Assembly: GCA_021775955.1 (NCBI GenBank)
Contig: JAJFGU010000016.1
Span: 4,721 to 68,720 of the forward strand
DNA: 64,000 bases
Source of the DNA: Alphaproteobacteria bacterium
GTDB lineage: Bacteria > Pseudomonadota > Alphaproteobacteria > Micavibrionales > Micavibrionaceae
Reading direction: 5' to 3'
Both the position numbers and the translations under genes were made by a program. Shown one piece after another: positions 1 to 8,299 of this stretch (within the stretch, counting starts at the first letter, position 1; each line of letters starts with the position of its first letter). The notes under the pieces are model-generated. The model did no database searches and was not told where the DNA came from. It worked only from the letters and a program-made list of their open reading frames with translations.

Positions 1-129
1 ACTGCCCGAAGCGTCCAGCACCAATATCGCGCGGGCATCCGGCTCATCGGCGGCCTGCGCTGGAGAAAGCACAAAAGCAAAAGCAAAAGCAAAAGCAAAA
101 ACGAAAAAAGCAAAAATGAAATGTCTCAT
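1..129 (-). CDS. vWA-domain secreted protein, N-terminal fragment (gene continues beyond window start)
   Basis: Hand translation from ATG at 129 gives MRHFIFAFFVFAFAFAFAFVLSPAQAADEPDARAILVLDASGS. It has a signal-peptide-like start ending AQA, then ILVLDASGS, which resembles the DxSxS MIDAS start of von Willebrand A domains. It begins 9 nt downstream of the 894-aa ORF stop and is too short for the ORF track. Confidence 0.5.
   Translation of the reverse strand, partial: MRHFIFAFFVFAFAFAFAFVLSPAQAADEPDARAILVLDASGS
71..115. repeat. Hexanucleotide microsatellite (GCAAAA)n, 4 perfect tandem units at 77-100 plus imperfect flanking units
   Basis: Direct reading: acaaaa gcaaaa gcaaaa gcaaaa gcaaaa acgaaaaaa gcaaaa. 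It encodes the FAFAFAFAF core of the vWA signal peptide on the minus strand. Confidence 0.9.
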
Positions 130-138
130 GGTTTGTCC

Positions 139-2823
139 TTATTTTTTTAAAATCGGAATGGTCATTGGGTAAAAACCCTCTTCACTAAATTCCTGTTGTT
201 CCGGTACATAAAGGCGGATATTGCCCTGAAACCCATCGATGACGTCTTTTTTCTTAAAATCCAGCTTTACCCCGCCATCAGAGCGGTAAATGCCGGAGTC
301 TTTGCTGGTTTCTTTCAGCACAACATCAAAACCTTTTTTCGGTTTTTTCTCGGGTTCTACCCGCACCGTGATTTCATCCTGGCGTCTTTTGCAATTCATA
401 TCGCTTGTGACCTCGATCCAGATCTTGTCACCAAGCGCGAACATGCCGTCCGGCGATTCCTTAAAGCCTTCATTAAGCGCCGTAACGTATCCCGCATGTT
501 TCCAGATTGGATCAAGTTTTAACCATTGTGCTTCACCAGCAAAAAACTTTTCGGGTAACAGGTCAAGGTGACTGGGACGATGGCCATCATCGAGTTTGCT
601 AATACAATAATTTTTATCACAATATTCAGAATTAATAACGGGTTCAAACCCGCCGGTAAGATTAGGCGGGAGATCATAATCCAGCATCTGGTGCGTCATA
701 TTGGCCAGCTCATGCTGATAGGCTTGGCCCAGAGCGGGAGTCGGATTAACAAGATAGCCCTGCGGCGTGCCCTTGCTGCGCGTACCTTTAACGGTTGCCT
801 TGGGGCCGAGGCTAATCAGCTTATCGATCATGGCATCGCTGACACCACCCCCTATCCAGTTGCGAAGAAAGCCGCGATCCGCCTTTGTATAAACATGCTC
901 CAGATCTAATTGATCGCCCTTCAATGTGCCTTCATAGACCATATAATCTTTACCGCTATAAATCGTGGCACTCACCTTGCCACCTTTTTCCTGAACAACA
1001 GCTTCATTCTCAAAAAGCGGATGCACGGCCCAGCATTCCCCGTCCGTGACCGGTGCCAATGCCTGTTTTTCGCCGCATAGCTTACCGTCTTTCTGGCGCG
1101 CCGTTATCTTTGTTTCAGAGGCGTGTTTTGCCAGCGCTTTCAGTTTTTCCTGTAACGGGAAATAAATGATGTTCGGATCGACTTCCTGTGAAAGCTTTGC
1201 GCGCAGCTCTTTTAGTGAAGGGTTTGCTGCTTCCGGCAAGGTACTAATTTTTGATCCAAGGCATTTCAAGAACGCTTCATAGGCAGCGTTCATTTCCTTA
1301 TGATAGGCCTTATAGGCAACATCGATTGCATCCTGATTTTTGTTGTAAACAGCCAGCGCCGCTTTGCGCTCTTTTTCAATTGCAGGCAGTAAGGCATCAA
1401 TTTTATCCCACGCCGCCTGCCGCGCCGCTTCGGTTTCTTTTTCCCGTGCCTGTAGAATTTCAAGACTTTCCAGCTTGTTCAGACGCGCCAGCTCGGCTTT
1501 ATATTGCGTGCGCTTATCAGCATCCGGGGCGGCAGTAGCCAGATCTTCTAATTTTGAACGGTTTTCCGCCAAACTCTGCGCATCGAGCAGATCATCACGC
1601 ACACGTTGCAGCGCCTGGTGGTGCTCTGCAGCCTCTACCATCGCCACACGCCACTCTTCGCGTTTGGCTTCCAGCTTGTTTTCGGCCGCCCCATTTTCGG
1701 CTTCCAGCTTTGCGACGGCCTTTTCACGTTTGGCTTTAGCACCTTTTTCCGCCTGCTTATGCTGTTTACTGCATTCGCTTTCGCGGAATTTGGCTTTGCA
1801 GCCCGTAGCCAGTTTTTTAATCCGGTCGGCAAGATCGCTCACCTTGCGCTGGCGCTCCTGTGCCATGCCAATAGCAACACCGCCAAACATCTCAGCAAGA
1901 CGCAGGTCGCGCTGCGCAGCAAAAGTATCGTCAAGCTGCACCATGGCTTCTTCAAGGTGACGGCGCTTACCCGCCACCAGCGGTTCCATCAAGGCATTGA
2001 CCACTGCGCGCGTCACGATCTGTACGGCCTTGGATACCGTGGCTTTTGGGTCTTTACCCACTACTGCCGCGCCCAGCTTTTTCGTCAGTTTGCCTGTTTC
2101 GCCAACGCCCACAATCCGGACACTGCCGATTTGCGAACTGACAGAGCCGATAAAACTATCGCCGAAGCTTCCTTTTGCTGTTCCGGCAGTATCCTGCCCC
2201 AGCTTGCCCAATGCTGTTTTATGTTCCAAAGCCAGATCAGCACCCTGATTGACGCTGTAATTAATGAGGGACGCATAGGTATGTTGCAAAAATCTTTCCG
2301 CGTTGCCGGCGGCTCCTTGCGCATCGCCTGTTAAATAGCTCACCGTAATCCCGGCCGTCAGATGCGCGGCGCGCTGCGTTAATTCCAGCACAAATAAAGC
2401 GTTTTTCATTTTGGACATTTCACCCTGCAGACCTTTAGCTTGGGCGATCGCGGCAAATTTCTGGTTACGCGCGAGATTTTCAAGCTCTTCTTGCGCGATG
2501 CGGGTCATGGACACAGACAGATTAGTGGCCTCCAGCGACTGATAAATCTGCTCGGCCAGTTTTTCAATTTTCGCACAATCAAGCTTGACGCATTTCTTGT
2601 CATCCTTGATTTGGTTTTTCGCACCCTGAAACTCTTTTTCGAGCCTTTTTACTTCAGACTCCAGCGCGTCCAAATGCTGGTCGACAATTTTGACTTCCTT
2701 GGTTGTTTCATCAACCCAGGCGGCATAAAGAGAGTTTTTGAAATCACCCGCCATAGCCGGATTGCTAAAAACTAATGCCGTGAAGAGCCATACGGTTGCT
2801 AATAAGCGCATGATTGTATCCAT
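139..2823 (-). CDS. Large secreted coiled-coil-rich protein, function unknown
   Basis: 894-aa ORF. The N-terminus MDTIMRLLATVWLFTALVFSNPAMA looks like a signal peptide. Long charged heptad-like stretches follow (EAENGAAENKLEAKREEWR...), then a globular Cys-containing C-terminal third. I recognise no family motif. Confidence 0.6.
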   Translation of the reverse strand: MDTIMRLLATVWLFTALVFSNPAMAGDFKNSLYAAWVDETTKEVKIVDQHLDALESEVKRLEKEFQGAKNQIKDDKKCVKLDCAKIEKLAEQIYQSLEATNLSVSMTRIAQEELENLARNQKFAAIAQAKGLQGEMSKMKNALFVLELTQRAAHLTAGITVSYLTGDAQGAAGNAERFLQHTYASLINYSVNQGADLALEHKTALGKLGQDTAGTAKGSFGDSFIGSVSSQIGSVRIVGVGETGKLTKKLGAAVVGKDPKATVSKAVQIVTRAVVNALMEPLVAGKRRHLEEAMVQLDDTFAAQRDLRLAEMFGGVAIGMAQERQRKVSDLADRIKKLATGCKAKFRESECSKQHKQAEKGAKAKREKAVAKLEAENGAAENKLEAKREEWRVAMVEAAEHHQALQRVRDDLLDAQSLAENRSKLEDLATAAPDADKRTQYKAELARLNKLESLEILQAREKETEAARQAAWDKIDALLPAIEKERKAALAVYNKNQDAIDVAYKAYHKEMNAAYEAFLKCLGSKISTLPEAANPSLKELRAKLSQEVDPNIIYFPLQEKLKALAKHASETKITARQKDGKLCGEKQALAPVTDGECWAVHPLFENEAVVQEKGGKVSATIYSGKDYMVYEGTLKGDQLDLEHVYTKADRGFLRNWIGGGVSDAMIDKLISLGPKATVKGTRSKGTPQGYLVNPTPALGQAYQHELANMTHQMLDYDLPPNLTGGFEPVINSEYCDKNYCISKLDDGHRPSHLDLLPEKFFAGEAQWLKLDPIWKHAGYVTALNEGFKESPDGMFALGDKIWIEVTSDMNCKRRQDEITVRVEPEKKPKKGFDVVLKETSKDSGIYRSDGGVKLDFKKKDVIDGFQGNIRLYVPEQQEFSEEGFYPMTIPILKK

Positions 2824-3062
2824 TCCTATCGAAAATTTTTATTGACAGAACGTTACACTTATTTTTCAAGAGGATAAAGTGACTCTTTACTTCAATTATG
2901 TTCCACCATTTTCTTTCTCTATCTCTATACAGAAAACCCCTATTTAATTATTGCTCAAAATCCTAGCATTTCTGCGCATGTATTTTCTATGGTTTATCCA
3001 TACAAAAAACTAATGATTTAGGAATGAGTAATGTCCGCTTTGGGTCGTTTGCGGACTTACAA

Positions 3063-5144
3063 TCAAATCGCCTTCACGATATGCTTCGCATTCAGCCCGG
3101 CCTGTTCGTATTGCTCGAGTGGGATGTCGTGATCCTGGAAAATATCGGGCAGGTGCATGGTTTTGACGCGGCAGGAGCCGAGCAGGTTTTCATTGTTCAT
3201 GAATTCGAGCACGAAGGAGCCGAACCCGCCGCGCGAGCCTTCCTCTATCGTGATGAGGGTTTCGTGGTTTTTCGCGAGGTCTTTGATGAGCTCTTCATCC
3301 AGCGGTTTGGCAAAACGCGCATCGGCGACCGTGACGGAGATATTTTTCTGCTCCAGAATTTTTGCGGCGAGGAGGGCTTCACTTAAACGCGCGCCGTAAG
3401 AGAGGATGGCAACGTCGCCAGAGATGTCATTTCGAGCGGAGCGAGAAATCTCACGATTATCGGGAGATCCCTCCGCCTGCGGCGTTCGGGATGACAGAGA
3501 GGTGGAATGAACAATCCGCCCCTTGCCGATCTCTAAAATTTCACCGATCTCCGGAATCTCCACGCCCGTGCCTTCACCGCGCGGGTATCGGAATGCAATC
3601 GGGCCGTCATTATACGCCGCCGCGGTGGCGACCATATGGGTGAGCTCGGCCTCGTCACTGGCAGCCATCAGCACAAAATTCGGCAGGCACCCCAAATACG
3701 CGACATCAAACGCGCCGGCATGGGTCTGGCCGTCGGCACCAACCAGCCCCGCGCGATCAAGCGCAAAACGCACGGGTAGATTTTGAATGGCCACATCATG
3801 AACGATCTGATCATAGGCGCGCTGTAAAAACGTAGAGTAAATCGTGGCGAAGGGTTTGAACCCTTCCGTGGCCAGACCGGCGGCAAAGGTCACGGCGTGC
3901 TGCTCGGCGATACCGACATCAAAACTTCTCTCGGGAAATTCTTCGGCGAACAAATCCATCCCCGTGCCGTCGGGCATCGCGGCGGTGATACCGATAATCT
4001 TTTCGTCCTTGCGCGCTTCTTTAATCAGGCTTTGCGCGTAGACTTTGGTATAGCTGGGCGCGCCGGGTGCGCTTTTGGCCTGATCGCCGGTGATGACATC
4101 GAATTTCTTGACGCCATGCATTTTACAGGCGGCGTTCTCGGCGGGCGCGTAGCCCTTGCCCTTTTTGGTGATGGTATGAATGAGGACGGGGCCTTCGTGG
4201 TGCGCCTCTTTGACATTGCGCAGGATGGGCAAAAGATCGTCAAGGTTATGGCCGTCAACCGGGCCGATATAATAAAAGCCCATATCTTCAAACAGCGTGC
4301 CGGAGCTGCCCTGTTCGGGGGTGAAGGTCATGCGCGCGGTTTCCTCGGCGCGTTTGGCGGCAAAGCGGATCGGCTTTGGCAGATATTCGGTGATGCGCTT
4401 GCCGATCTCGCGCGCGGACATATAGGGTTTGGAGGACACAAGGCGCGCGAGGTAGCTTGCCAGCGCGCCGACCGGCGGGGCGATCGACATTTCATTGTCG
4501 TTGAGGATGACGATGAGGCGCGACTTCATTGCGCCCGCGTTGTTCATCGCCTCGTATGCCATGCCCGCGCTCATCGCGCCGTCACCGATAACGCAGATGA
4601 TGTTGTTGTCATTATCGGACAGGTCGCGCGCCACCGCCATGCCGAGCCCGGCAGAAACGGATGTGGAGCTATGCGCCGCGCCGAAGGGATCAAATTCGCT
4701 CTCGCTGCGCTTGGTGAAACCGGACAGCCCGCCACCCTGACGGAGTGTGTGGATGCGATCGCGGCGGCCGGTGAGAATTTTATGCGGGTAGCATTGATGC
4801 CCGACATCCCAGATCAGCTTGTCTTCGGGCGTGTTGAAAATCGCGTGAATGGCGACGGTCAGCTCGACCACGCCAAGGCCCGCGCCGAGATGCCCGCCGG
4901 TTTTGGACACCGCGTTGATGGTCTCAGAGCGCAGCTCACCGGCGAGAATTTTTAGCTCATCGTCTTCGAGATGTTTGAGATCGGCGGGGGTGGTTACCAG
5001 ATCGAGCAGGGGGGTTTTGCTGGTTTTTTTGTCCAGGGCTTTCTTGTTGTTTTCCCCGCGCAAGCGGGGATCTTCCGTGGAAGCGTCCCTAAGGTCCCCG
5101 CCTTCGCGGGGAAGACAGTCTTGTGTTTTCTGTGCCTGGGTCAT
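3063..5144 (-). CDS. dxs: 1-deoxy-D-xylulose-5-phosphate synthase, carrying two repeat-derived in-frame segments
   Basis: Dxs hallmarks are present: GHxGx[63 protein letters not shown]. The extra N-terminal ~30 aa and an internal ~27-aa insert both coincide with repeats. Confidence 0.95.
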   Translation of the reverse strand: MTQAQKTQDCLPREGGDLRDASTEDPRLRGENNKKALDKKTSKTPLLDLVTTPADLKHLEDDELKILAGELRSETINAVSKTGGHLGAGLGVVELTVAIHAIFNTPEDKLIWDVGHQCYPHKILTGRRDRIHTLRQGGGLSGFTKRSESEFDPFGAAHSSTSVSAGLGMAVARDLSDNDNNIICVIGDGAMSAGMAYEAMNNAGAMKSRLIVILNDNEMSIAPPVGALASYLARLVSSKPYMSAREIGKRITEYLPKPIRFAAKRAEETARMTFTPEQGSSGTLFEDMGFYYIGPVDGHNLDDLLPILRNVKEAHHEGPVLIHTITKKGKGYAPAENAACKMHGVKKFDVITGDQAKSAPGAPSYTKVYAQSLIKEARKDEKIIGITAAMPDGTGMDLFAEEFPERSFDVGIAEQHAVTFAAGLATEGFKPFATIYSTFLQRAYDQIVHDVAIQNLPVRFALDRAGLVGADGQTHAGAFDVAYLGCLPNFVLMAASDEAELTHMVATAAAYNDGPIAFRYPRGEGTGVEIPEIGEILEIGKGRIVHSTSLSSRTPQAEGSPDNREISRSARNDISGDVAILSYGARLSEALLAAKILEQKNISVTVADARFAKPLDEELIKDLAKNHETLITIEEGSRGGFGSFVLEFMNNENLLGSCRVKTMHLPDIFQDHDIPLEQYEQAGLNAKHIVKAI
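3426..3495. repeat. 70-bp imperfect palindrome GTCATTTCGAG...CGGGATGAC (family B, short form) inside dxs
   Basis: Direct reading. Arms GTCATTTCGAGCGGAGCGAGAAATCTC and GAGATCCCTCCGCCTGCGGCGTTCGGGATGAC flank an 11-nt centre. A related copy lies at 53791-53866. Confidence 0.85.
5050..5115. repeat. Cluster of GC hairpins (family A): CCCCGC-gcaa-GCGGGG, CTTCC-gtg-GAAG, CCCCGC-cttc-GCGGGG
   Basis: Direct reading at 5054-5069, 5072-5084 and 5096-5111. The same hairpin type occurs at 21467-21527 and 50608-50650. It lies within the first ~32 codons of the dxs ORF. Confidence 0.85.
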
Positions 5145-5157
5145 GGGAAGTATTTAT

Positions 5158-5184
5158 AACCACGAAGACACGAAGGCACAAAGG
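5158..5184 (-). repeat. Phased word-triplet arm facing the dxs start (gene-sense CTTTGTGc CTTCGTGt CTTCGTGGTT)
   Basis: Plus strand reads AACCACGAAGACACGAAGGCACAAAGG. Period is 8 bp. It is followed (gene-sense) by ATAAATACTTCCC and then ATG at 5144, with no SD. Confidence 0.8.
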
Positions 5185-5230
5185 TTTTTAGCTAATATTA
5201 TAAAAATATGGAAACTTTAAGTTTTTTTTG

Positions 5231-5716
5231 TCATGAACGCCTGGAGAAGCTACCAAAGTAGACCATACAGAATATGGTGCCGGCTAATGCGCCGTATGCA
5301 ATAGTCCAAAGTATCCTTTTAAATAAGACGATATAGCCACAAGACGTTCGTACGTTATTTTCAATGATTTGGCATCCTTGCCCATAAAAACTGTAAGTGC
5401 TGTCTTCTGGGCCTCCCCAGGGTATGGATGTGATTTCAAGAATAAGTTCAGGTATTAAAGAAATAAGGATAGCAAAGGGTATTACATATAAAGGCCTTAG
5501 GAGGTTGTAGGATTTTAAGACGAAGTATAAAGGTGCTGCAAAAACTATAATCAATACCCATGAGACAATTAGGTTACTTACAAAAAAAAGAACACTGCGT
5601 TTGATAAATTCAGGATCAAAAGTCCATAAAAAACAGGGAAGAACAGGAGCTAATAAAAATGCCAAAAATAGCCGGACTCTCGTCCCCTTATTAGCACCTT
5701 CCTGTTGTTGCGCCAT
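5231..5716 (-). CDS. AT-rich polytopic membrane protein, unknown function
   Basis: 161-aa ORF with about 4 hydrophobic helices (LFLAFLLAPVLPCFLW, VSWVLIIVFAAPLYFVL, YVIPFAILISLIPELIL, WTIAYGALAGTIFCMVYF). It is visibly lower in GC than its neighbours and starts 11 nt after the ispA stop. Confidence 0.5.
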   Translation of the reverse strand: MAQQQEGANKGTRVRLFLAFLLAPVLPCFLWTFDPEFIKRSVLFFVSNLIVSWVLIIVFAAPLYFVLKSYNLLRPLYVIPFAILISLIPELILEITSIPWGGPEDSTYSFYGQGCQIIENNVRTSCGYIVLFKRILWTIAYGALAGTIFCMVYFGSFSRRS

Positions 5717-5727
5717 ATTATTATGCC

Positions 5728-6639
5728 CTAAGCCCGCCTTGCCAAAACATACTCCGCCAAATCCTTAAGCACCTGCGCGCGGCCTTCGAACACTTTGAGG
5801 TGGGCGATGGCCTGCTGGACGATCATCTCGGCGCGCTCGCGTGCCTGCTCCTTACCCATAGCGGAAACAAAGGTGGCTTTGCCGGCCTCGGCATCCTTGC
5901 CGCCGTCTTTGCCGGTATCCTGCGGGTCGGCTTCAACGTCCAAAATATCGTCGGTGACCTGAAACGCCAGACCGAGATCAAAGGCATAATTTCTCAGCGC
6001 GCGGCGGTGGGGCTCATCGGCTTTACCCAAAATCGCACCGGATTCACAGGCAAAAGCCATGAGCTTGCCGGTTTTCATGCGCTGCATGCGGCTGATGGTG
6101 CCAAGGTCGAATTCTTTCTTCTCGCCGATAAGGTCGAGCATCTGCCCGCCGGCCATACCGTGGCCGCCCGCCGCTTGGCCTAGGCTTCGGATCAGCTCAC
6201 AACGCACACGCGGGTCTTCATGGGTATCGGATTCGGCGAGAATTTCAAAGGCCAGCGTGAGCAGGGCATCACCGGCTAAAATCGCGGTGGCCTCGTCATA
6301 TTGTTTGTGCACAGTCGGCTTGCCACGGCGCAAAGAGGCATCATCCATCGCCGGCAAATCATCGTGAATAAGTGAATAACAATGCAGAAATTCAACCGCC
6401 GCCGCCACACGGCGTGAGCGGTTGGTATCGACATTGAACAGATTGGCCGAATGGATGGCCAGAAACGGGCGTAGCCTTTTGCCGCCGCCCAGCGTGCCGT
6501 GGCGCATGGCATCGTAGAGCTGGTTTTCCGCCAGATCGGTGTCGGGTAAAAGGCGCTCGATGGTACGGTTGACGGCATCGGCCGTTTCGTCCATGGCTTC
6601 TTGTAATTCGGGTTTTGCGTCTCTCGGCGATGGGGCCAT
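5728..6639 (-). CDS. ispA: Farnesyl/geranyl diphosphate synthase (polyprenyl synthetase family)
   Basis: First and second Asp-rich motifs are present (LIHDDLPAMDD and FQVTDDILD). It sits in the xseB-ispA-dxs neighbourhood. Confidence 0.9.
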   Translation of the reverse strand: MAPSPRDAKPELQEAMDETADAVNRTIERLLPDTDLAENQLYDAMRHGTLGGGKRLRPFLAIHSANLFNVDTNRSRRVAAAVEFLHCYSLIHDDLPAMDDASLRRGKPTVHKQYDEATAILAGDALLTLAFEILAESDTHEDPRVRCELIRSLGQAAGGHGMAGGQMLDLIGEKKEFDLGTISRMQRMKTGKLMAFACESGAILGKADEPHRRALRNYAFDLGLAFQVTDDILDVEADPQDTGKDGGKDAEAGKATFVSAMGKEQARERAEMIVQQAIAHLKVFEGRAQVLKDLAEYVLARRA

Positions 6640-6685
6640 GTTAGTGTTTTCCTATTATTAGTTTTTAACTATTTAAAAGTTCTGA

Positions 6686-6766
6686 AACGCAAAGTTAGAC
6701 AAAGTTAAACAAAGTTTCATTTTTTCTTTGTGCTCACTTTGTCTGACTTTGTTTTACTTTGCGGTT
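6686..6766. repeat. Inverted pair of phased arms built from the word CAAAGT/ACTTTG (3 units + 4 units, 9-nt centre)
   Basis: Left arm 6686-6716 is AACGCAAAGTTAGACAAAGTTAAACAAAGTT. Right arm 6726-6766 is CTTTGTGCTCACTTTGTCTGACTTTGTTTTACTTTGCGGTT. Period is 10 bp. Confidence 0.85.
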
Positions 6767-6839
6767 TAAAAATAATCTGCATTTATCAGCTTTATCTGCT
6801 TGCCCGCCATAGCTTTAGCGACGGCGGGTGGTTTCATTC

Positions 6840-7079
6840 TTATTCTTCATCCAGCGGCTGGGTGCTCACAGAGCCGTCCTTGCCGACTGTGATTTTTTCA
6901 ATTTTGGCCTGGGCGTCTTTTAGCTTGGCTTCGCAGTGCTTTTTCAGCTTGGTGCCGCGCTCGTAAGTAGTTATGGAATCTTCCAGCGCCGTATTCCCGG
7001 TTTCCAGATTCTTGACGATCCCCTCCAGCTCCACCAGAGCCTCCTCGAAACTTAAATCTTTTATCGCTTTTTCAGCCAT
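6840..7079 (-). CDS. xseB: Exodeoxyribonuclease VII small subunit
   Basis: 79 aa. The sequence LSFEEALVELEGIVKNLETGNTALEDSITTYERGTKL is typical of XseB, and the gene lies upstream of ispA. Confidence 0.85.
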   Translation of the reverse strand: MAEKAIKDLSFEEALVELEGIVKNLETGNTALEDSITTYERGTKLKKHCEAKLKDAQAKIEKITVGKDGSVSTQPLDEE

Positions 7080-7175
7080 TTAGCCGCGCCCGTTCACTTT
7101 ATATAAGAGCGCCGGATTGTACGTGAGAATAAAGGCTTTCTCAAGGGACAATTACAGGGCGTTTCAGAAAAATAA

Positions 7176-7204
7176 TTGACATATTAGATATCCAGTGGTA
7201 ATTT
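7176..7204 (+). promoter_or_regulatory. Candidate sigma70-type promoter for the 7229 gene
   Basis: TTGACA (7176-7181), a 17-nt spacer, then TAATTT (7199-7204), 25 nt upstream of the ATG. Confidence 0.35.
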
Positions 7205-7228
7205 ACGGAAAACTTTAAAAGGTATACT

Positions 7229-7693
7229 ATGAAATTAAGATTGATTTTTGTCAGACATGCGACATGGGAAGTTCTATCTAGGGGTAAAGGACTGGATGAG
7301 CCTGGGAGGGAATCTATCAGAAGCCTTGCCGCCAAGCTTAAGCAAGATCTAAAAATTTTCCCGAACAAGATTTTTGTGGGCATACAACCTAGATCAATTG
7401 AAAGCGCAATAATACTGTCTGAGGAGTTTGAGTTAGGGGAGGATCCTGAGCCCATGATCCAGCTGGATGAAGGTCATGGCGGACAGTTTGTAAAATTCCA
7501 TATGAAGAAGTTACCCGATGACCTGAAAACGGTCTTATGCGTTTCTCATGCAAATACTATTAGTAATGAGGCTCAAGCCCTAGGTAGAGAAAATGGTGTT
7601 AATTTAAAAAATGGGGCTGCCTTGATAGTGGAGTTTGATGGAGAAAATTGGTCAGAAGCGAACAATCCGAGATATCAGATAGTAGAGCCATAA
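7229..7693 (+). CDS. Histidine phosphatase superfamily protein (SixA-like)
   Basis: 154 aa. The N-terminal LIFVRHA (RHG-type catalytic motif) and a later CVSHANTI (SH motif) resemble SixA-type phosphohistidine phosphatases. The region is AT-rich. Confidence 0.5.
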   Translation: MKLRLIFVRHATWEVLSRGKGLDEPGRESIRSLAAKLKQDLKIFPNKIFVGIQPRSIESAIILSEEFELGEDPEPMIQLDEGHGGQFVKFHMKKLPDDLKTVLCVSHANTISNEAQALGRENGVNLKNGAALIVEFDGENWSEANNPRYQIVEP

Positions 7694-7700
7694 CTATAGT

Positions 7701-8288
7701 TTAAACTAACCCTAATTTCCGCTCCAACGCCCCACACAGCATTTGCCCGAGTGTGATATGCATTTCCTGGATGCGGGCGGTGGTGTCCGAAGGGACGATC
7801 AGCAAAATATCACAGACATCAGCCATCTTGCCGCCATCGCGCCCGGATAATCCCACCGTAATCAGGCCCTTGTCATGGGCCGCCTTCAAAGCGAGCAGGA
7901 CATTTTTGCTCTGGCCTGATGTGCTGATGCCGATGGCGATATCGCCGCTTTGGCCCAGCGCTTCAATCTGGCGGGCGAAAAGCTGATCAAAGCCCATGTC
8001 GTTGCCGATCGCCGTCAGAGCCGAGCTGTCGGTGGTTAGTGCTATCGCCGGGATCGGGTTGCGGTCCTTCACGTAGCGCACGGTTAATTCTGTGGCGAGG
8101 TGCTGGGCGTCCGCCGCGCTGCCGCCATTGCCGAAGAACAGGATTTTGCCGCCATGGGAGGCCGCGCTGGCGCAGGCATCGAGCAGCTTCACGAAATCGT
8201 CTTTCAGGGATTCAAAGGTTTTGGTGGCGGTTTCGAGATGCTCGTCGCGCTCGGACTCCCAGAAGCTATCAATGTCAAACTCAGCCAT
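7701..8288 (-). CDS. SIS-domain protein of the GmhA/DiaA family (sedoheptulose-7-phosphate isomerase-like)
   Basis: 195 aa, with FFGNGGSAADAQHLATEL, ALTTDSSALTAIGND and ISTSGQSKNV, which are typical of GmhA/DiaA. Confidence 0.8.
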   Translation of the reverse strand: MAEFDIDSFWESERDEHLETATKTFESLKDDFVKLLDACASAASHGGKILFFGNGGSAADAQHLATELTVRYVKDRNPIPAIALTTDSSALTAIGNDMGFDQLFARQIEALGQSGDIAIGISTSGQSKNVLLALKAAHDKGLITVGLSGRDGGKMADVCDILLIVPSDTTARIQEMHITLGQMLCGALERKLGLV

Positions 8289-8299
8289 TGCTGTTGCCT

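Noticed and set aside
3031-3056. Hairpin GTCCGC-n12-GCGGAC just downstream of dxs as a terminator
   Set aside because: It has a short 6-bp stem, a 12-nt loop and no U-tract on the transcribed strand, which is too weak to call.
3897-4955. 352-aa plus-strand ORF (and several shorter ones) inside the dxs locus
   Set aside because: It is antisense to a CDS with unmistakable Dxs motifs. It has Arg/Gly/Ala-rich composition typical of antisense frames and no start context.
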